From Octopus sinensis (Eukaryota), in the NCBI RefSeq assembly GCF_006345805.1, contig NC_043002.1, forward strand, positions 54,126,001 to 54,190,000: a stretch of DNA of 64,000 bases, given 5' to 3'. The translations under genes and the position numbers were made by a program. Shown here in pieces: positions 13,272 through 26,220 of the stretch. The notes beneath the pieces were generated by a model. That model saw only the letters and a list, made by a program, of their open reading frames with translations, searched no databases and was not told where the DNA came from. How positions within the stretch are numbered: the first letter of the stretch is position 1; each line of letters starts with the position of its first letter.

Positions 13272-13850
13272 CAAGCAAAAGCTCTGCCCCCCCGTCCAAT
13301 GGACGGTGCTGAGTTGTCAAACATTTAAACCAAATTTTCTCAAAACAACTTGTCCAACCGTCCCATAGGCCTCCCCTTTGAGAAACACTGATTTAACCTA
13401 AATTTTGAGACACCAGCAAAAGAAGAAATAAAGATATACTTTTTTTTCTATTCCATAGAAAAACGATTTTATTCACACAATTATACAACCAAAGAATTTA
13501 AAATACCAGCAATGATAAGGCTGTTCACTGGAAGAACACAAACATGGTTTAAATAGTAAGCTTGGCAGGAAAGAAACGTGCCTTTAAGCAGTACAAAAAC
13601 AACAAAAAATGGAAAGTGCAGTTATGTACAGGTTGGCGGAAGAAAAGCAGGACAAAAACCGCTTTATCGATCGCATTCTCTCCTGGAATCGATTTTGGTA
13701 ATTATTCTTTTTTCAAGACTTATACGCGCCCTGATACCGTCGGTATCTACATATCAAATTTGAGCGCAATCGGATGGAGGATGCCCGAGATCCTAGAAGG
13801 CGCACACACACACACACAGACAGACAGAACGGATTTTATATAATATATAT
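13272..13850 (-). mobile_element. Non-autonomous Helitron-like element with internal (CTGT)/(GT)n (Lep1/DINE-1-like organisation)
   Basis: Minus strand starts TATAAAATCCGTTCTGTCTG..., contains CCGATTGCGCTCAAATTTG, and ends with hairpin CCGTCC-ATT-GGACGG then CTTG|TATA. A second copy lies at 47025-47400. Confidence 0.75.
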
Positions 13851-14227
13851 ATAAGCAAATTAGCTAGTTAGAACATCTCTAGAAGAGATGAAAGCAGCAA
13901 CTATACTGCTCAAATTTACAAATGTATATATGCGGGGTGGGGTATGGATGTATTTGTAAACTTGACAAGCGAATTGTTTATCTCTATGCGATTCTATGTT
14001 GACAGACATTTATTGTACCTCTGGGTAGACAGCTGCTTACTTCTAACGTAAATTGGTAATGAGAATTTAACATAAAAATTATTTCTGTCAAGTAAAATCT
14101 GGTATCTTCGAACACTATTCCATTGTGAGTTTCATTAACGCTCTGCTGAGTGTCAGAGACTTCAGAGTTGAAATATGTTCTAACTCTATAAGAGAAACCT
14201 AGCCTTAAGAGCTTTTTTTTTTGCCCA

Positions 14228-14397
14228 GCGCAGGAGTGGCTGTGTGGTAAGTAGCTTGCTAACCAAACACATGGTTCCGGGTTCAGTCCCACTGCGTGGC
14301 ATCTTGGGCAAGTGTCTTCTGCTATAGCCCCGGGCCGACCAATGCCTTGTGAGTGGATTTGGTAGACGGAAACGGAAAGAAGCCTGTCGTATATATG

Positions 14398-14428
<31 letters not shown>

Positions 14429-14650
14429 ATGTGTTTGTGTGTCTGTGTTTGTCCCTCTAGCATTGCTTGACAACCGATGCTGGTGTGTTTACGTCCCCGT
14501 CACTTAGCGGTTCGGCAAAAGAGACCGATAGAATAAGTACTGGGCTTACAAAGAATAAGTCCCGGGTCGAATTGCTCGACTAAAGGCGGTGCTCCAGCAT
14601 GGCCGCAGTCAAATGACTGAAACAAGTAAAAGAGTAAAGAGTAAAGAGAG
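14228..14650 (+). mobile_element. SINE family A, full length
   Basis: GCGCAGGAGTGGCTGTGTGGTAAG head, GGTTCAGTCCC B-box-like motif, and a (GAGTAAA)n tail. Confidence 0.92.
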
Positions 14651-15102
14651 ATGGATTAGGCTTATAGTCAAAGATCACCATAGGGCTACTTGATATTCAT
14701 TAAAAAAACTAATACCACGAAAGACATAGCATCAAATTTTAAGATATCAGATGATCATGACTAATACGTCTTTTATTTTATACCCAGGAATATATTGTCC
14801 AATGGTTTCTTTCCTCTTTTTTTAAGACAACCGGATGTTAATGATTGAAATATTTTGTCTGCCGTTATCTCGATAAACAGCGGAGGATGTATTTGTATGT
14901 GCGCGTGTATGTGTGTGTGTGTGTGTGTCTGACTGTATGTCTGTGTCTGCGTGTGCTCGGGAGTGAGTTTGTGAGTGTGTGTGTATGTGAATTTGTATGC
15001 GTGTGTGAGTTTGTGTGTATGTGTGCGTGTTTGTGTGTGTTTATGTGTGTCTGTGTGCGTGCGTGCGTGTGTGTGCGCGTGAGTTTGTGTGTGTGTGTGT
15101 GA

Positions 15103-15370
15103 AGGCGTACAGCTTAGTGGTTAAGGTGCTGCGCTCACGATCGCGAGATCGTGGTTTCAATTCCCAGACCGGCTGGGAATCATGTTGCTAAGGTTCCCTC
15201 AGTTGGAAACGTGTAACCCTGCGACGGACTGGCGTTCCGTTCGGGGTGGGGTGGGGGAATGTTGGCCTATATGCCTGGCGAGCGGAGTGGCAACGTTCAA
15301 AAGATAAGCCAATATGAAGCGCACTGTGACCAGCAGTGTGTAATAGCGTCCGATAGTCTGATCGATACTG
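15103..15370 (+). mobile_element. Diverged tRNA-derived SINE (family D-like head)
   Basis: GGCGTACAGCTTAGTGGTTAAG head, GGTTTCAATTCC, and internal CCTGCGACGGACTGGCG shared with short family C. Confidence 0.7.
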
Positions 15371-15459
15371 AAATATATATATATTACTTACATGTGTGTG
15401 CGTGTGCCTGTGAGAGAGAGTGAGTGAGAGAGAGAGAGAGAGAGAGTGTGTGTGTGTGT

Positions 15460-15510
<51 letters not shown>

Positions 15511-15854
15511 TTGTAAAACTACTTTATGATTGAAAAGATGAAAATAGTTAAGACAGTTGAACACTGGCTGTCTACATTACTCTGACCAGTTTAGTGAAAG
15601 GTCAAGATTTTTGCTATATCGCACGAATGTATACGACAAGTAAATATTTATTATTTGTTATCTAAATGATGTTTGCAAAACAAATTCGTTATTTGTAGTT
15701 TGGTTAGTTTCTCGTCTGAATCTCATTCGAAATCCTCCACCCATAATGCCCAAACATTGCTGTTTCTTCTCCCTCTAAAAGCCAAACGTACGTGATAAAA
15801 CTATCGACATATTCATTTTCTTCCCTTTCTCCTCTTCCACTACCTTCGTCACAT

Positions 15855-15880
15855 TATTATTATTATTATTATCATTATTA

Positions 15881-15925
<45 letters not shown>

Positions 15926-15940
15926 TATTATTATTATTAC
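15855..15940. repeat. (TAT)n microsatellite
   Basis: Directly visible. Confidence 0.95.
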
Positions 15941-16980
15941 TTCTAAGATGTTACTCAACATGGCTTGCTTGTTTTCGTTCTCTATACTCGAATTTCATGC
16001 GAACAAGATTTACTAAAACAACAATTTCCGATTTACAAATCTATTTTGCTTCATGGTATCAGATGGAAAACATTTACTTTGTTTCATTTTCTACTTATCT
16101 ATTTCTCTTATCTATTTCTCTTTATTTTTACTATCACTTTATCTATATTTATCTATGTATATCTACCTGTTTGTATCTCTATCTATATCACTTTTTTCTA
16201 TCTATCTATCTATTTATCTATCTTTTCCACTAGCTATCATTTTATTAAACTATTCGTCCAAACATCCATCAATCCAGCTATTTATTTATCTATGTCTCTA
16301 ATTCTCTATTTGCCCATTGATTTGTCATTTCGTTTCTTTTGTAGAGATTTATATTTCGTTTCAGTTTTGATTTGTATTTACTTTTTATATTTTATATTTT
16401 ATACCTTGTTATACTAAGTAACATTCAATGTCACTGTGTAACTACATAACACAAAGGCTAAGATTCGAAACAGAAAACAATGTATATTTTTTTTTATTAA
16501 ACCAATACATGAAATCGAATAAGCGCAGAAAGATTTAAACTGTTGTTAGTTATTTCTTTTTCTTTGTATCTTACTTTGATTTCTCCTTCTTTCTGCAAAT
16601 AAAATCAATGCTTTTGGTTTCATGTAAACCTTTAAGGTAAAAAATATTTACTCGGAAAGTTTTTTTGACTTCTGGTAAATACGTGTAAAGATAGTATTAC
16701 AATGGATTTTTAAAATGGAAAAAAAGTATATTATACACGAAAGTTTAATAATCAAATTTTCTTTTTTTCTAAGCAATCAGAATTTAAACATTTTATCAAA
16801 TTTTCAAATATCTAAAGGACCGCTCGGATATCAAATAGCAAAATAAAATCGATGTTTTTATGCCAGGCGATGGTTTCCTTACCAAAATAAAAGCCTAAGA
16901 TTTGCTTGTATATGTTTCTTAAAATGTGCATAAAAATAATATAAAATTCGACACCAGACTTCATTAGTTAGGTGCTATAA

Positions 16981-18205
16981 AAGCGGTGGATTACCAGAAT
17001 CGCCAGAGAGGCGGACAAAATTCTTTATTTCTTCTGGCTCTTCGCATTTTGAGTTCAAATTCTGCGATGTCAGTTTTACCTTACATCCCTCTGGCGTCAA
17101 TAAAAGGAAGCGCCTGTCAAGTACTGGGCTCAATGGTATCGACTAACTAACTTCCCTCAAAAGCTCTATGCTTAATTTGGAAATAATTATTTGGTTGCTA
17201 TTCTTACGTTGAGCTGATGATATGCCCAGCCCGAATTTATTACAGTTCCACCAATCCACCATCCTAGAATCGTACTTTTGTTTTTATTATCGACCCTGAA
17301 ATGATAAAAGGCAGAGTTGACCTCGGCGAGATTTGATCTCAGAGGGTGGAAGTAATACAGCGTTAAATCTAATTCGACGCCCCCACAAGTCTGCCAATTC
17401 GCCGCCTTTATTAGTATTGATTTAATCGACTATATCACTCCCTAAAACTTCTGATTTTATACCTATATTAAAAATTATTATTAGTATTTTGATTGTAATT
17501 AAGGCGGCAAGCTGGCAGAATTGTTGCCGCTGCGAACAAAGTGCTTCGGAGCAATTTTTCCGGTTCTTTATATTATCGGTTGACTTTCCTTTTTGTCCTT
17601 TCGTGGTCGATATGTACCAATTGAGCACCGGGGCTCGATGCAATCGGCTTATCCCTCCCCACTAAAATTTCTTGTGTAAGATTAACAAGTGGAGATGTCT
17701 CTGAAAATATTCATACAACGAGAATTGCAATTTTCTGGAACGTTCCTGTTTGTTCTTATAAGTAACCTCTCGGGAGTCTTTACAGAAGTCATTTTTTACC
17801 GCTTAGTCCGATAGAGAGAGGCAATGCACTATTCTCAGGGCCTCAGAGATTAGTGGAAAATGCGGATGTTATCCTAAAACCGAAGACTTTGCCTGAATGC
17901 TTGCAAAAGAGTGAACTCCTCTAAAGACACCCACGAATAGGTTTTGGTGTTAAACCAGGTAACCAATTAAGGATACCGCCCAAGAATCCAAGATGCAAAG
18001 AGCCGGAATAAACACCACAGTATATCTCGGGCGACACTCTATCAATTCCATCATCCCTCCACCTCTGACTTCTTTATTTTATCAACCAGAAAGGATTAAA
18101 GGCAAAGTTGTCCTCGGCGGACTTTGAACTCGAAGTGCTGAGGACATCCAGTAAATACCGCAAGACATTTCAGCTTGCTCTTAACAACTCTACTAATTTG
18201 CCGCC
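16981..18205. mobile_element. Cluster of diverged SINE family B copies (16981-17155 +, 17255-17410 -, 17500-17680 +, 18060-18205 -)
   Basis: Each matches the GGCGGCGAGCTGGCAGAATC head and/or the GAGTTCAAATTC...CCTTTCATCC core. Confidence 0.75.
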
Positions 18206-18259
18206 TATGTATCATTTCAGCTAAATCAATTATAAATGAAAAGGTGGCTTGTCTTTAAG

Positions 18260-18770
18260 GCTTGGCTTGTCTTGTGTATCACATGTAATACACAGGACAT
18301 ATTTCCCATCCCTGATATCCTTCATCATATATGATACACATTCCCAATTTCTTTCAACCGACAGCATATCTTGGAACTTATGAAAGGAAAGCTTTATATT
18401 ATATGGAACGAGGGCTGATTAAAACTCTGAAAACAAGTATGGACGTTTAGGACAAAACTTATGAAAATACTTTGGCCAAGCAAAAGATTAACTACCATTA
18501 TGTCTTTAATTCAGTAGTTAACTGGGTGATTCCATTGCTTTTCAACTCGCTTCTGTATATCATTGTGGCCATTTAGTATCACTATTTCAAATAGCAAAAC
18601 GCTTCTGTCATTGAGAGGTAATATTCGTCCCCGCTTAAACGTGGATTGGAGACAAACATTATCTTTCGATATTAATACTGCCTCTGTCGCTAATATATGT
18701 TTTTTAACTTCTGTCATTTTCTGCAAAAATTATGCCAGACTTAATATATACTTTTGTTATTACTGCTGCT
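18260..18770 (+). pseudogene. Possible heavily decayed 7TM/GPCR-like fragment
   Basis: Manual translation across stops and frameshifts: ...SLISFII/MIHIPNFFQ...YHYVFNSVVNWVIPLLFNSLLYIIVAI*...LSILILPLSLIYVF*, which resembles TM4 to TM6 by pattern only. Confidence 0.25.
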
Positions 18771-18886
18771 GCTGTTCTTGTTGTTTTTTAGCCCTAAGTC
18801 ACCCTTGATCTAGCTGACATAGTATCAAGGACATATCACCGTGATCACCCCGACCTTTTTTTTTATTTTATGTAGATGTCTACATT

Positions 18887-19201
18887 GTGAAGGCGCAATG
18901 GCCCAGTGGTTAGGGCAGCGGACTCACGGTCAGAGGATCGCGGTTTCGATTCCCAGTCCGGGCGTTGTGTGTGTTTATTGAGCGAAAGCACCTAAAAGCT
19001 CCTCGAGGCTCCGGTAGGGGGTGGTGGCGACCCCAGTTGTACTCTTTCGCCACAACTTTCTCTCACTCTCTCCTCCTGTTTCTTGAGTAACGCTGCGATG
19101 GACTGGCGTCCCGCCCAGCTGGGGGGAATACATACGCCACAGAAACCGGGAAACCGGGCCCATGAGCCCGGCTCGGCTTGAAAAGGGCGACGTTTATCGT
19201 T
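18887..19201 (+). mobile_element. tRNA(Arg)-like SINE, family C short type, 11-bp TSD
   Basis: GGCGCAATGGCCCAGTGGTTAGGGCAGCGGACTC head; TSD ATGTCTACATT at 18876-18886 and 19202-19212. Confidence 0.93.
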
Positions 19202-19269
19202 ATGTCTACATTATCTAATGTGTCCTTTCTGTTATAGGCAGTAGGATGTCATTTGAAGGAGATTTGACT

Positions 19270-19822
19270 GTTTTTTATCACTACTGCTATTACTACTATG
19301 CCTGCTACGAATACTAATACTACCAGAACTGCGGCTAGTAGTGCTACTACTATAACTACTAAAAAACAACTACTATTGTTAATACTACTACTAAAAGTAC
19401 TACTTTTGCTACTGCTATTACTACTAAGGCAACTATTACTACTATATCTACAACAATATAAGTTATTACTACCGTTTTTGTTATTACTACCAATGCAACA
19501 ACTACTGCTAAATCTACTAATACACAGCTGTTACAACTACTACTACTGCTACTACACTACAGCTACAATAACTACTACTACTACTTTTACTACTATAAAG
19601 GCGATGTTTTTGCAGAATCGCTAGAGCGACGGATTAAAATGTCATGTGGTATTTATTTACGTTCCTTTACGTCCTGAGTTTTAGCTTCCCATCGTTTCAT
19701 AATCGATAAAATAAGTAAAAATCAATAGCAGTCAATATACTTAATCGATTTAGTCGACAACATACTTCCCTCTCGCATCCACTTTCCAGAGTCTGGACAA
19801 CGTCAATGGGCGGCCATAATGG

Positions 19823-19885
<63 letters not shown>
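19270..19885. repeat. Degenerate and perfect (CTA)n arrays interleaved with SINE family B heads
   Basis: Visible; source of ORF 19298-19624. Confidence 0.85.
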
Positions 19886-20220
19886 AGGCGATGTGTTGGT
19901 AGAATCGATAGAGCGGCGCATTAAATACTTTTCAATGCTTTAGTTTCTAGGTTCGAATTCAGCTTTTGCCAAATTTGTCTTTCATTAGTAAGGAATCGAG
20001 GAGGCGAACTGGCAGAGCTGTTAGCACTCCGGGTCACCATTTTATTTTTCAGAGGTAATAAGAAAAACATGGAAAAGGCATTCTGCAGGGCAGTAGATTG
20101 TCAGTTCTGCTCTTTGTTCTTTCATTAAGTCCATTTACTCACTTGCTCAAGAAAAGCATAATATTTATAGAAATGGATACTCTGAAGCCCGAAACAGCTC
20201 TAATCCTTTATTGTAGATCA

Positions 20221-20450
20221 GGCGGCGAGCTGGCAGCAATCGTTAGCACGCCGGGCGAAATGCTTGGCGGTATTTCGTCGGGCCCGCTACGTTGAGTTCA
20301 AATCGCCGAGGTCGACTTTGCTTTTCATCCTTCCGGGGTCGATTAAATAATTATACAGTTACACACTGGGTCGATAAGATCGACTTAATCCGTTTGTCTG
20401 TCCTTGTTCGTCCCCTCTATGTTTAGCCCCTGGCTGGTAGTAAAGAAATA
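20221..20450 (+). mobile_element. SINE family B
   Basis: GGCGGCGAGCTGGCAGCAATCGTTAGCACGCCGGGCGAAATG...GAGGTCGACTTTGC. Confidence 0.88.
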
Positions 20451-20899
20451 TATTTGTAGACGGCATGGGGTCGTGGGGTCCCATTACACAATATTAGGCA
20501 AACACTAGGATGAAATTTGTTAAGTTCAAATGTTCACATTTTGTGGGAAGGCGAGGACAACTTGTACCTCACATCACCCCCCTACCCCCACCCCACCCCA
20601 TCCCCCCAAAAAACTAAACATGAACGACTCAACAATATAGTCATTATATTCGGCTAAAACTACAAGTATCATGAACAAGTTGACAATATCAGGTCTGATG
20701 GACCCATTAATAAGGAAAGAAATGAAATACCTTCAGCAAATAACGAAAATATAACATCTCATCATGAAGGTTAACTTTTTTGCAACCGAGACACCCAAGG
20801 TCCTTCCACGCAAAAAGGAAACCGTCAGACATTAATTGTAGGCAATGCAAAACCAAAATCAAACCCATTACCCAAGTCTACAAACATAAATATTTGTAC

Positions 20900-21270
20900 C
20901 TAATTTTTCCTATATTCATATTGTTTTTGTCGTCCTATTGTTGACACTATACCATACTTTGAAGTTAGTAATCCTGTTGATAACGTGCTGAAATTACGTT
21001 GATCGTCAGTCAACAGCTGGTGAGAGGAGATGGCTTCTATGTTATTACCTTTCCTGTGCGTTCTACTCGTCTGCTTAATTTTTCTTCTATTTGATCGTAA
21101 CTCTACGCTACCATTTTGTTTCGCTCCTTGTTTTTTTCTGTGTCCCTTTCTGTAGAAGAGCGTAGGCTCGAAACGTAAAAGACTTTTTCTATTCCTGAGC
21201 GTTATACTAATACATCTCTTTGTTTTGTACACCACCTGTCTTCATCTTTTGTTTTTGTTTTTTTCGTAAA
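20900..21270 (+). mobile_element. Penelope-like terminal repeat (pLTR) fragment with minimal hammerhead
   Basis: CTTT-CTGTAGA-A-GAGC-GTAG-GCTC-GAAAC-GTA-AAAG at 21146-21181; downstream TTCCTGAGCGT is shared with the 59852 copy; ends at (TA)n. Confidence 0.65.
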
Positions 21271-21357
21271 CTCTCCCTATATATATATATATATATATTT
21301 CGTTTTGGGATTTGGTTTGCAAGATTCTTTATGTGAGTTCGTGTGTTGAAGCATATT

Positions 21358-21536
21358 CTGTTGTGTCTGGGGAGAGTCATTTTCTTTTTGTGCCTTATAA
21401 TTTAATACACTCACCGGTAAAATTTCCACTTATTCCTTTTTTTATTTTTATTTCTAAGAAATAAGTGGAAATTTTACCGGTAAGTGTATTAAATTATAAG
21501 GCACAGAAAGAAAATTACTCTCCCCAGATACAACAG
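21358..21536. repeat. Fold-back inverted repeat (~78-bp arms)
   Basis: CTGTTGTGTCTGGGGAGAGT...ACCGGTAAAATTTCCACTTATT versus AATAAGTGGAAATTTTACCGGT...ACTCTCCCCAGATACAACAG. Confidence 0.92.
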
Positions 21537-21649
<113 letters not shown>

Positions 21650-22898
21650 TTATGTGTGATTTTCGGTGTGGAGCTTCTGTTAAATTAAATCAATAATACA
21701 ATAGATATAACTGCAGTTAAAACCTGTCGAACAACTTTACTAGAATTGGCTACAAAACATTCAATAGCATGAGATATAGGCTAAAGCTATAGATATTATA
21801 TATCCATCTATATATAGATATATATACACGCATACATACATACATACATACATACATACATACATACATACATACATACATACATACATACATACATACA
21901 TACATACATACTGGCATATATTTGTGTGTGTGTATGTGTGTGTACATAAGAAATAGGAAGGAGAAACTAGTAGAAATAGAAATTCACTAACAACAGCAAC
22001 AGGCTTTTATCTATTGGCAAAATTTCAAATGGTTCTTGTGTAATCTTTACTTTGGACTACCTTAGCAAAAGACTTTTCCATTCCGAAAAACCAACGTAGG
22101 AATCTGTCAAAATTTCGACTATTTTCGTTTACAATATCTGTGCGGATTAGAACTTTTGAGTAGTTTCCATTTTATGCGTTGTGTGAGTTAAGTATATATT
22201 CGGATTCTAACGAAATACATATTCAGAAATAATAATAGAATTACACAGATGTAATGTGGTAAAGAATGAATATATTAATGTGTCCACATGAATGTTTTTC
22301 TACAAACATATACGTATTTTGTGTGTAAATTGTGCAGGGATATGGAAAAATTCATATATTTGAGAAAAGAAAAAACAAGAGAGAAATGTAACGCAGACGA
22401 TAAGTAGCATAAAACATGTTTTGCGCATGTACATAACATGAAAAGTATTCACAGTCACCGACAAGTTATCTCTCTTGAGAGTTTATTAATTTAATTTTCT
22501 TTTTTCTTTTCGCTTAGTTTCCATTCTTTCTTTTCGTTCGTGTTGTTCACTTTTCTTACTACTTATGTATCAGTCGTAATTTAAAATGGACAGAAAAATA
22601 TTCAGGCAGATCGAATCATATGTAACTAAAGGTTGCAAAGCTGAAGTAGTGAAATAATCTAGTGTGTGTAATATGTCGGTATTGCTCTTTCGTCTCAAAA
22701 TGGTAAACACACTCATATTATGCTTTTTTTCCTTCTTTTGTTGGACGAGAATTAGATACCTGGTGAGCCGCGTCAGCAACTTGAGTTCGAAAACCGGCTA
22801 AAGATATTTTAATTCAATTTTAACTGTAATGCTTTTGAGGAAAAGTATAGCAGTCCTGTAAAAAATTTTCATCCACACATGTTTACAAACACCTATAT

Positions 22899-23282
22899 GG
22901 TGGAAGCACTCCGTCGGTTACGACGAAAAGGGTTCCGGTTGATCCGATCAACGGAACAGCCTGCTCGTGAAATTAACGTGTAAGTGGCTGAGCACTCCAC
23001 AGACACGTGTACCCTTAACGTAGTTCTCGGGGATATTCAGCGTGACACAGAGAGTGACAAGGGCGGCCCTCTGAAATACAGGTACAACAGAAACAGGAAG
23101 AAAGAGTGAGAGAAAGTTGTGGTGAAAGAGTACAGCAGGGATCACCACCATCCCCTGCCGGAGCCTCGTGGAGCTTTAGGTGTTTTCGCTCAATAAACAC
23201 TCACAACGCCCGGTATGGGAATCGAAACCGCGATCCTACGACCGCGAGTCCGCTGCCCTAACCACTGGGCCATTGCGCCTCC
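22899..23282 (-). mobile_element. SINE family C long type, 14-bp TSD (1 mismatch)
   Basis: Nearly identical to 53784-54175; TSD ACAAA(C/T)ACCTATAT at 22885-22898 and 23283-23296. Confidence 0.93.
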
Positions 23283-23421
23283 ACAAATACCTATATACAC
23301 ACACATATAAATACATCCCATCATCCAACCAATCAGGTACTCATCCATCCAGACACATATATACATACATTCACATGTATATATCTATATCTATATGTGC
23401 GTGTATGTATGTGTACATACA

Positions 23422-23592
23422 AGTGCAGGTGAGGCTGTGTGGTCAGAAGTTTACTTCCGAACCTCATGGTTCTGCGTTCGGTCTCACTGCGTGGTGCTTT
23501 CGGTGAGTGGCTTCTACTATAGCTTTTGGTCAACCAAAGTCTTGTAAGTGGATTTAATAGACAGAAATGTATCTGTGTGTGTGTTTGTGTGT

Positions 23593-23636
<44 letters not shown>

Positions 23637-23898
23637 GTGTGTACGAGATATATCTGTATGTGTACTCTTTTTATTCTTTTACTCTATTACACGTTTCAGT
23701 CATTTGACTGTGACCATGCTGGAGCACCTCCTATAGTCAAAAGAAATCTACCCCAGGACTTATTCTTTGTAAGCCTAGTACTTATTCTATCGGTCTCTTT
23801 TAACGAACCGCTAAGTTTCGGGGACATAAACACACCAACATCAGTTGTCAAGCGATGGTGGACGAATAAACACAGACACAAAGACACACATACATAAA

Positions 23899-23936
<38 letters not shown>

Positions 23937-24085
23937 GACGGGCTTCTTTCAGTTTCCGTCAACCAAATACACTCACAAGGCTTTGGTTGGCCCAAGGCTA
24001 CAGTAGAAGACACTTACCCAATGTGCCACGCAGTAGGACTGAACACAGCAGCATATGGTTGGGAAGCAAGCTTCTTACCTGCGCC
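23422..24085. mobile_element. Two SINE family A copies in convergent orientation (23422-23568 +, old head; 23670-24085 -)
   Basis: Homology to 14228-14650. Confidence 0.85.
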
Positions 24086-24111
24086 TATATATATATATAT
24101 ATATACACGTG

Positions 24112-24154
<43 letters not shown>

Positions 24155-24181
24155 TCAACTATATATATACACATACATATA

Positions 24182-24401
24182 CGAGCGGGGTGCTGAAAAG
24201 TTCCTGGCTTTCGATGAAAGAAAAAACAGTAGGATCAATTAATTATGATTTTATGCAACACATTACCCTCTCAGATTCATACATTTATTGTAGCGGTCCT
24301 TCGGTTTTTGTAAGTCCTGTAAAAGATCTTGGCAGGTTAGACTTCCAGCCAGGCCTTTCATGATACCCTTAAAACCAAGGAACTTCCCAGCATCCCCTCA
24401 T
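24182..24401. mobile_element. Mariner-type MITE (~220 bp)
   Basis: TA|CGAGCGGGGTGCTGAAAAGTTCCTGGCTTT versus AAAACCAAGGAACTTCCCAGCATCCCCTCA: imperfect ~30-bp TIRs. Confidence 0.75.
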
Positions 24402-24903
24402 TTATATATGCCATGCACCCGTACAGGAAATGTCGATTCAATGGAAGAAGTAAGCTAACGTACTGCACAAACATTTCATCCCTATAAACAAATCATATGT
24501 GCAGATCGTTGCGGAACTCTCCTCCATCGCTTACGACTGATGTGGCTTCCACAAATCCATAAATGATATTATATAGGAAATGGTACGGGAAAGACGTCTA
24601 TTTTATTTATATTGAGAAGCACCCAAATCGCTCTCATGGAGAGATAGAAAGTTTAAATGAACTGCTAGTGTCAATCTTTCTCCATTATCTAACTCACTGG
24701 GGAATAGCAGCAAAGAGATACACAGAAAATTAAAAAATACACGCAAAGAAAGAGATGTAGAGAGGGAAAGAGTTAGGTGACGTTAGTGGTACGTTTTTGA
24801 GACGACAAAATCTCTTTAAGTTTTCGATTTTGCTTTTCATACTCACACATTCAGGGAGAGAGAGAAAGAAAGACTGACAGACAGACAGGGAGGCAGAGTG
24901 CAT

Positions 24904-24934
<31 letters not shown>

Positions 24935-25403
24935 CGCGCGTGATTGGGGTGATGCTGATGATTTGAAACATTGAATAACACTGATTCATATGAAGAGTAC
25001 ATTACGAACCCTTTCTTGAGAGAATTATTAATATAATATACCTTCTGTTAAATTCTGGAAGGAGAGCAATGTGGATTTCCCCTCAAAATGCTTATGCTGC
25101 CTTTCGTAATCTAAAAACGATTATTAACAGGGATTACAATGGACTAGAATTTGGGAAAATAGCTGAGATCTATAACGTGTATATCATTTCAAAAGTTTTC
25201 CCTCGGTCAATAGCACCTAAATCAAAACAGACAACTGCCATAGTCTCTTGTGATGTTCTTTTGTATTAAGAGAGCGCAGACTTTCCTATTACTTAAATTG
25301 TAGCGTTAGACAGATTACAGATTTATTTATATATTAAATAACATACCGACATACGTTAACCCAATATTATTCTCTAAATTACAAACAGCATGTATTTAGA
25401 GGG

Positions 25404-25711
25404 TTGAGGCGCAATGGCCCAGTGATTAGGGCAGCGGACTCGCGGTCGGAGGATCGTGGTTTCGATTCCCAGACAGGGTGTTGTGCGTGTTTATTGATCG
25501 AAAACACCTAAAGTTCCACGAGGCTCCGGCAGGGAGGGGTAGCGACCCCTGTTGTACTCTTTCGCCCCAACTTTCTCTCACTTTCTCTTCCTGTTTCTTG
25601 AGTAACGCTGTGATGGACTGGCGTCCCGTCTAGCTGGGGGGAACACATACGCCACAGAAACCGGGAAACCGGGCCCATGAGCCCGGCTAGGCTTGAAAAG
25701 GGCGCATAAGA
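25404..25711 (+). mobile_element. SINE family C short type, 14-bp TSD
   Basis: TSD ATGTATTTAGAGGG at 25390-25403 and 25712-25725; homologous to 18887-19201. Confidence 0.93.
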
Positions 25712-26220
25712 ATGTATTTAGAGGGATTCCAAAGGGCACATATTATTCTAGATATCTATTTTATGGATATGTAAAGTTAATCGAAACTAAAAATTGGGTC
25801 ACTCTCAAGGAAACTTTATACCAGATTTAATTCTAGCTGCAATGGCGCCTGGGTTTCACCTCCAGAAACACCTCTTTATTACACTTCAATAAATCCAATG
25901 TCGATTTTCATTACCACACAAAAAACTTTGCCTGAATTTATATAAGAACACAAAAGAATTTTGTCTTATCAGTTACGAAGTGAACAGTTATAAAAGATTG
26001 CACAGACGTCTGGCACTAACAACAATACATTCAGGTTGCTGCCATTTATGCATATATATATATAGAAGCGTGAGTGTATATAAGTGGCATGTGTGTATAT
26101 GTATGTGTGTGTATATTTATATGTATAATATATCTGTTTATGTACACATCTAAGATATATGTGTGTGTGTGCGTGTGCGTATGTATGTGTACGTGTATGT
26201 ATGTTTAAATATATATATTT

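Noticed and set aside
18511-18726. 71-aa minus-strand ORF after TTTTTGCAG
   Set aside because: No recognisable homology or donor, and it overlaps the alternative plus-strand pseudogene reading.
18891-18965. tRNA-like sequences at the SINE heads
   Set aside because: They continue into SINE bodies with TSDs and lack a complete acceptor stem, so they are not called as tRNA genes.
24955-24975. CTGATGA-TTT-GAAAC
   Set aside because: Too short to form stem II, and no stem I.
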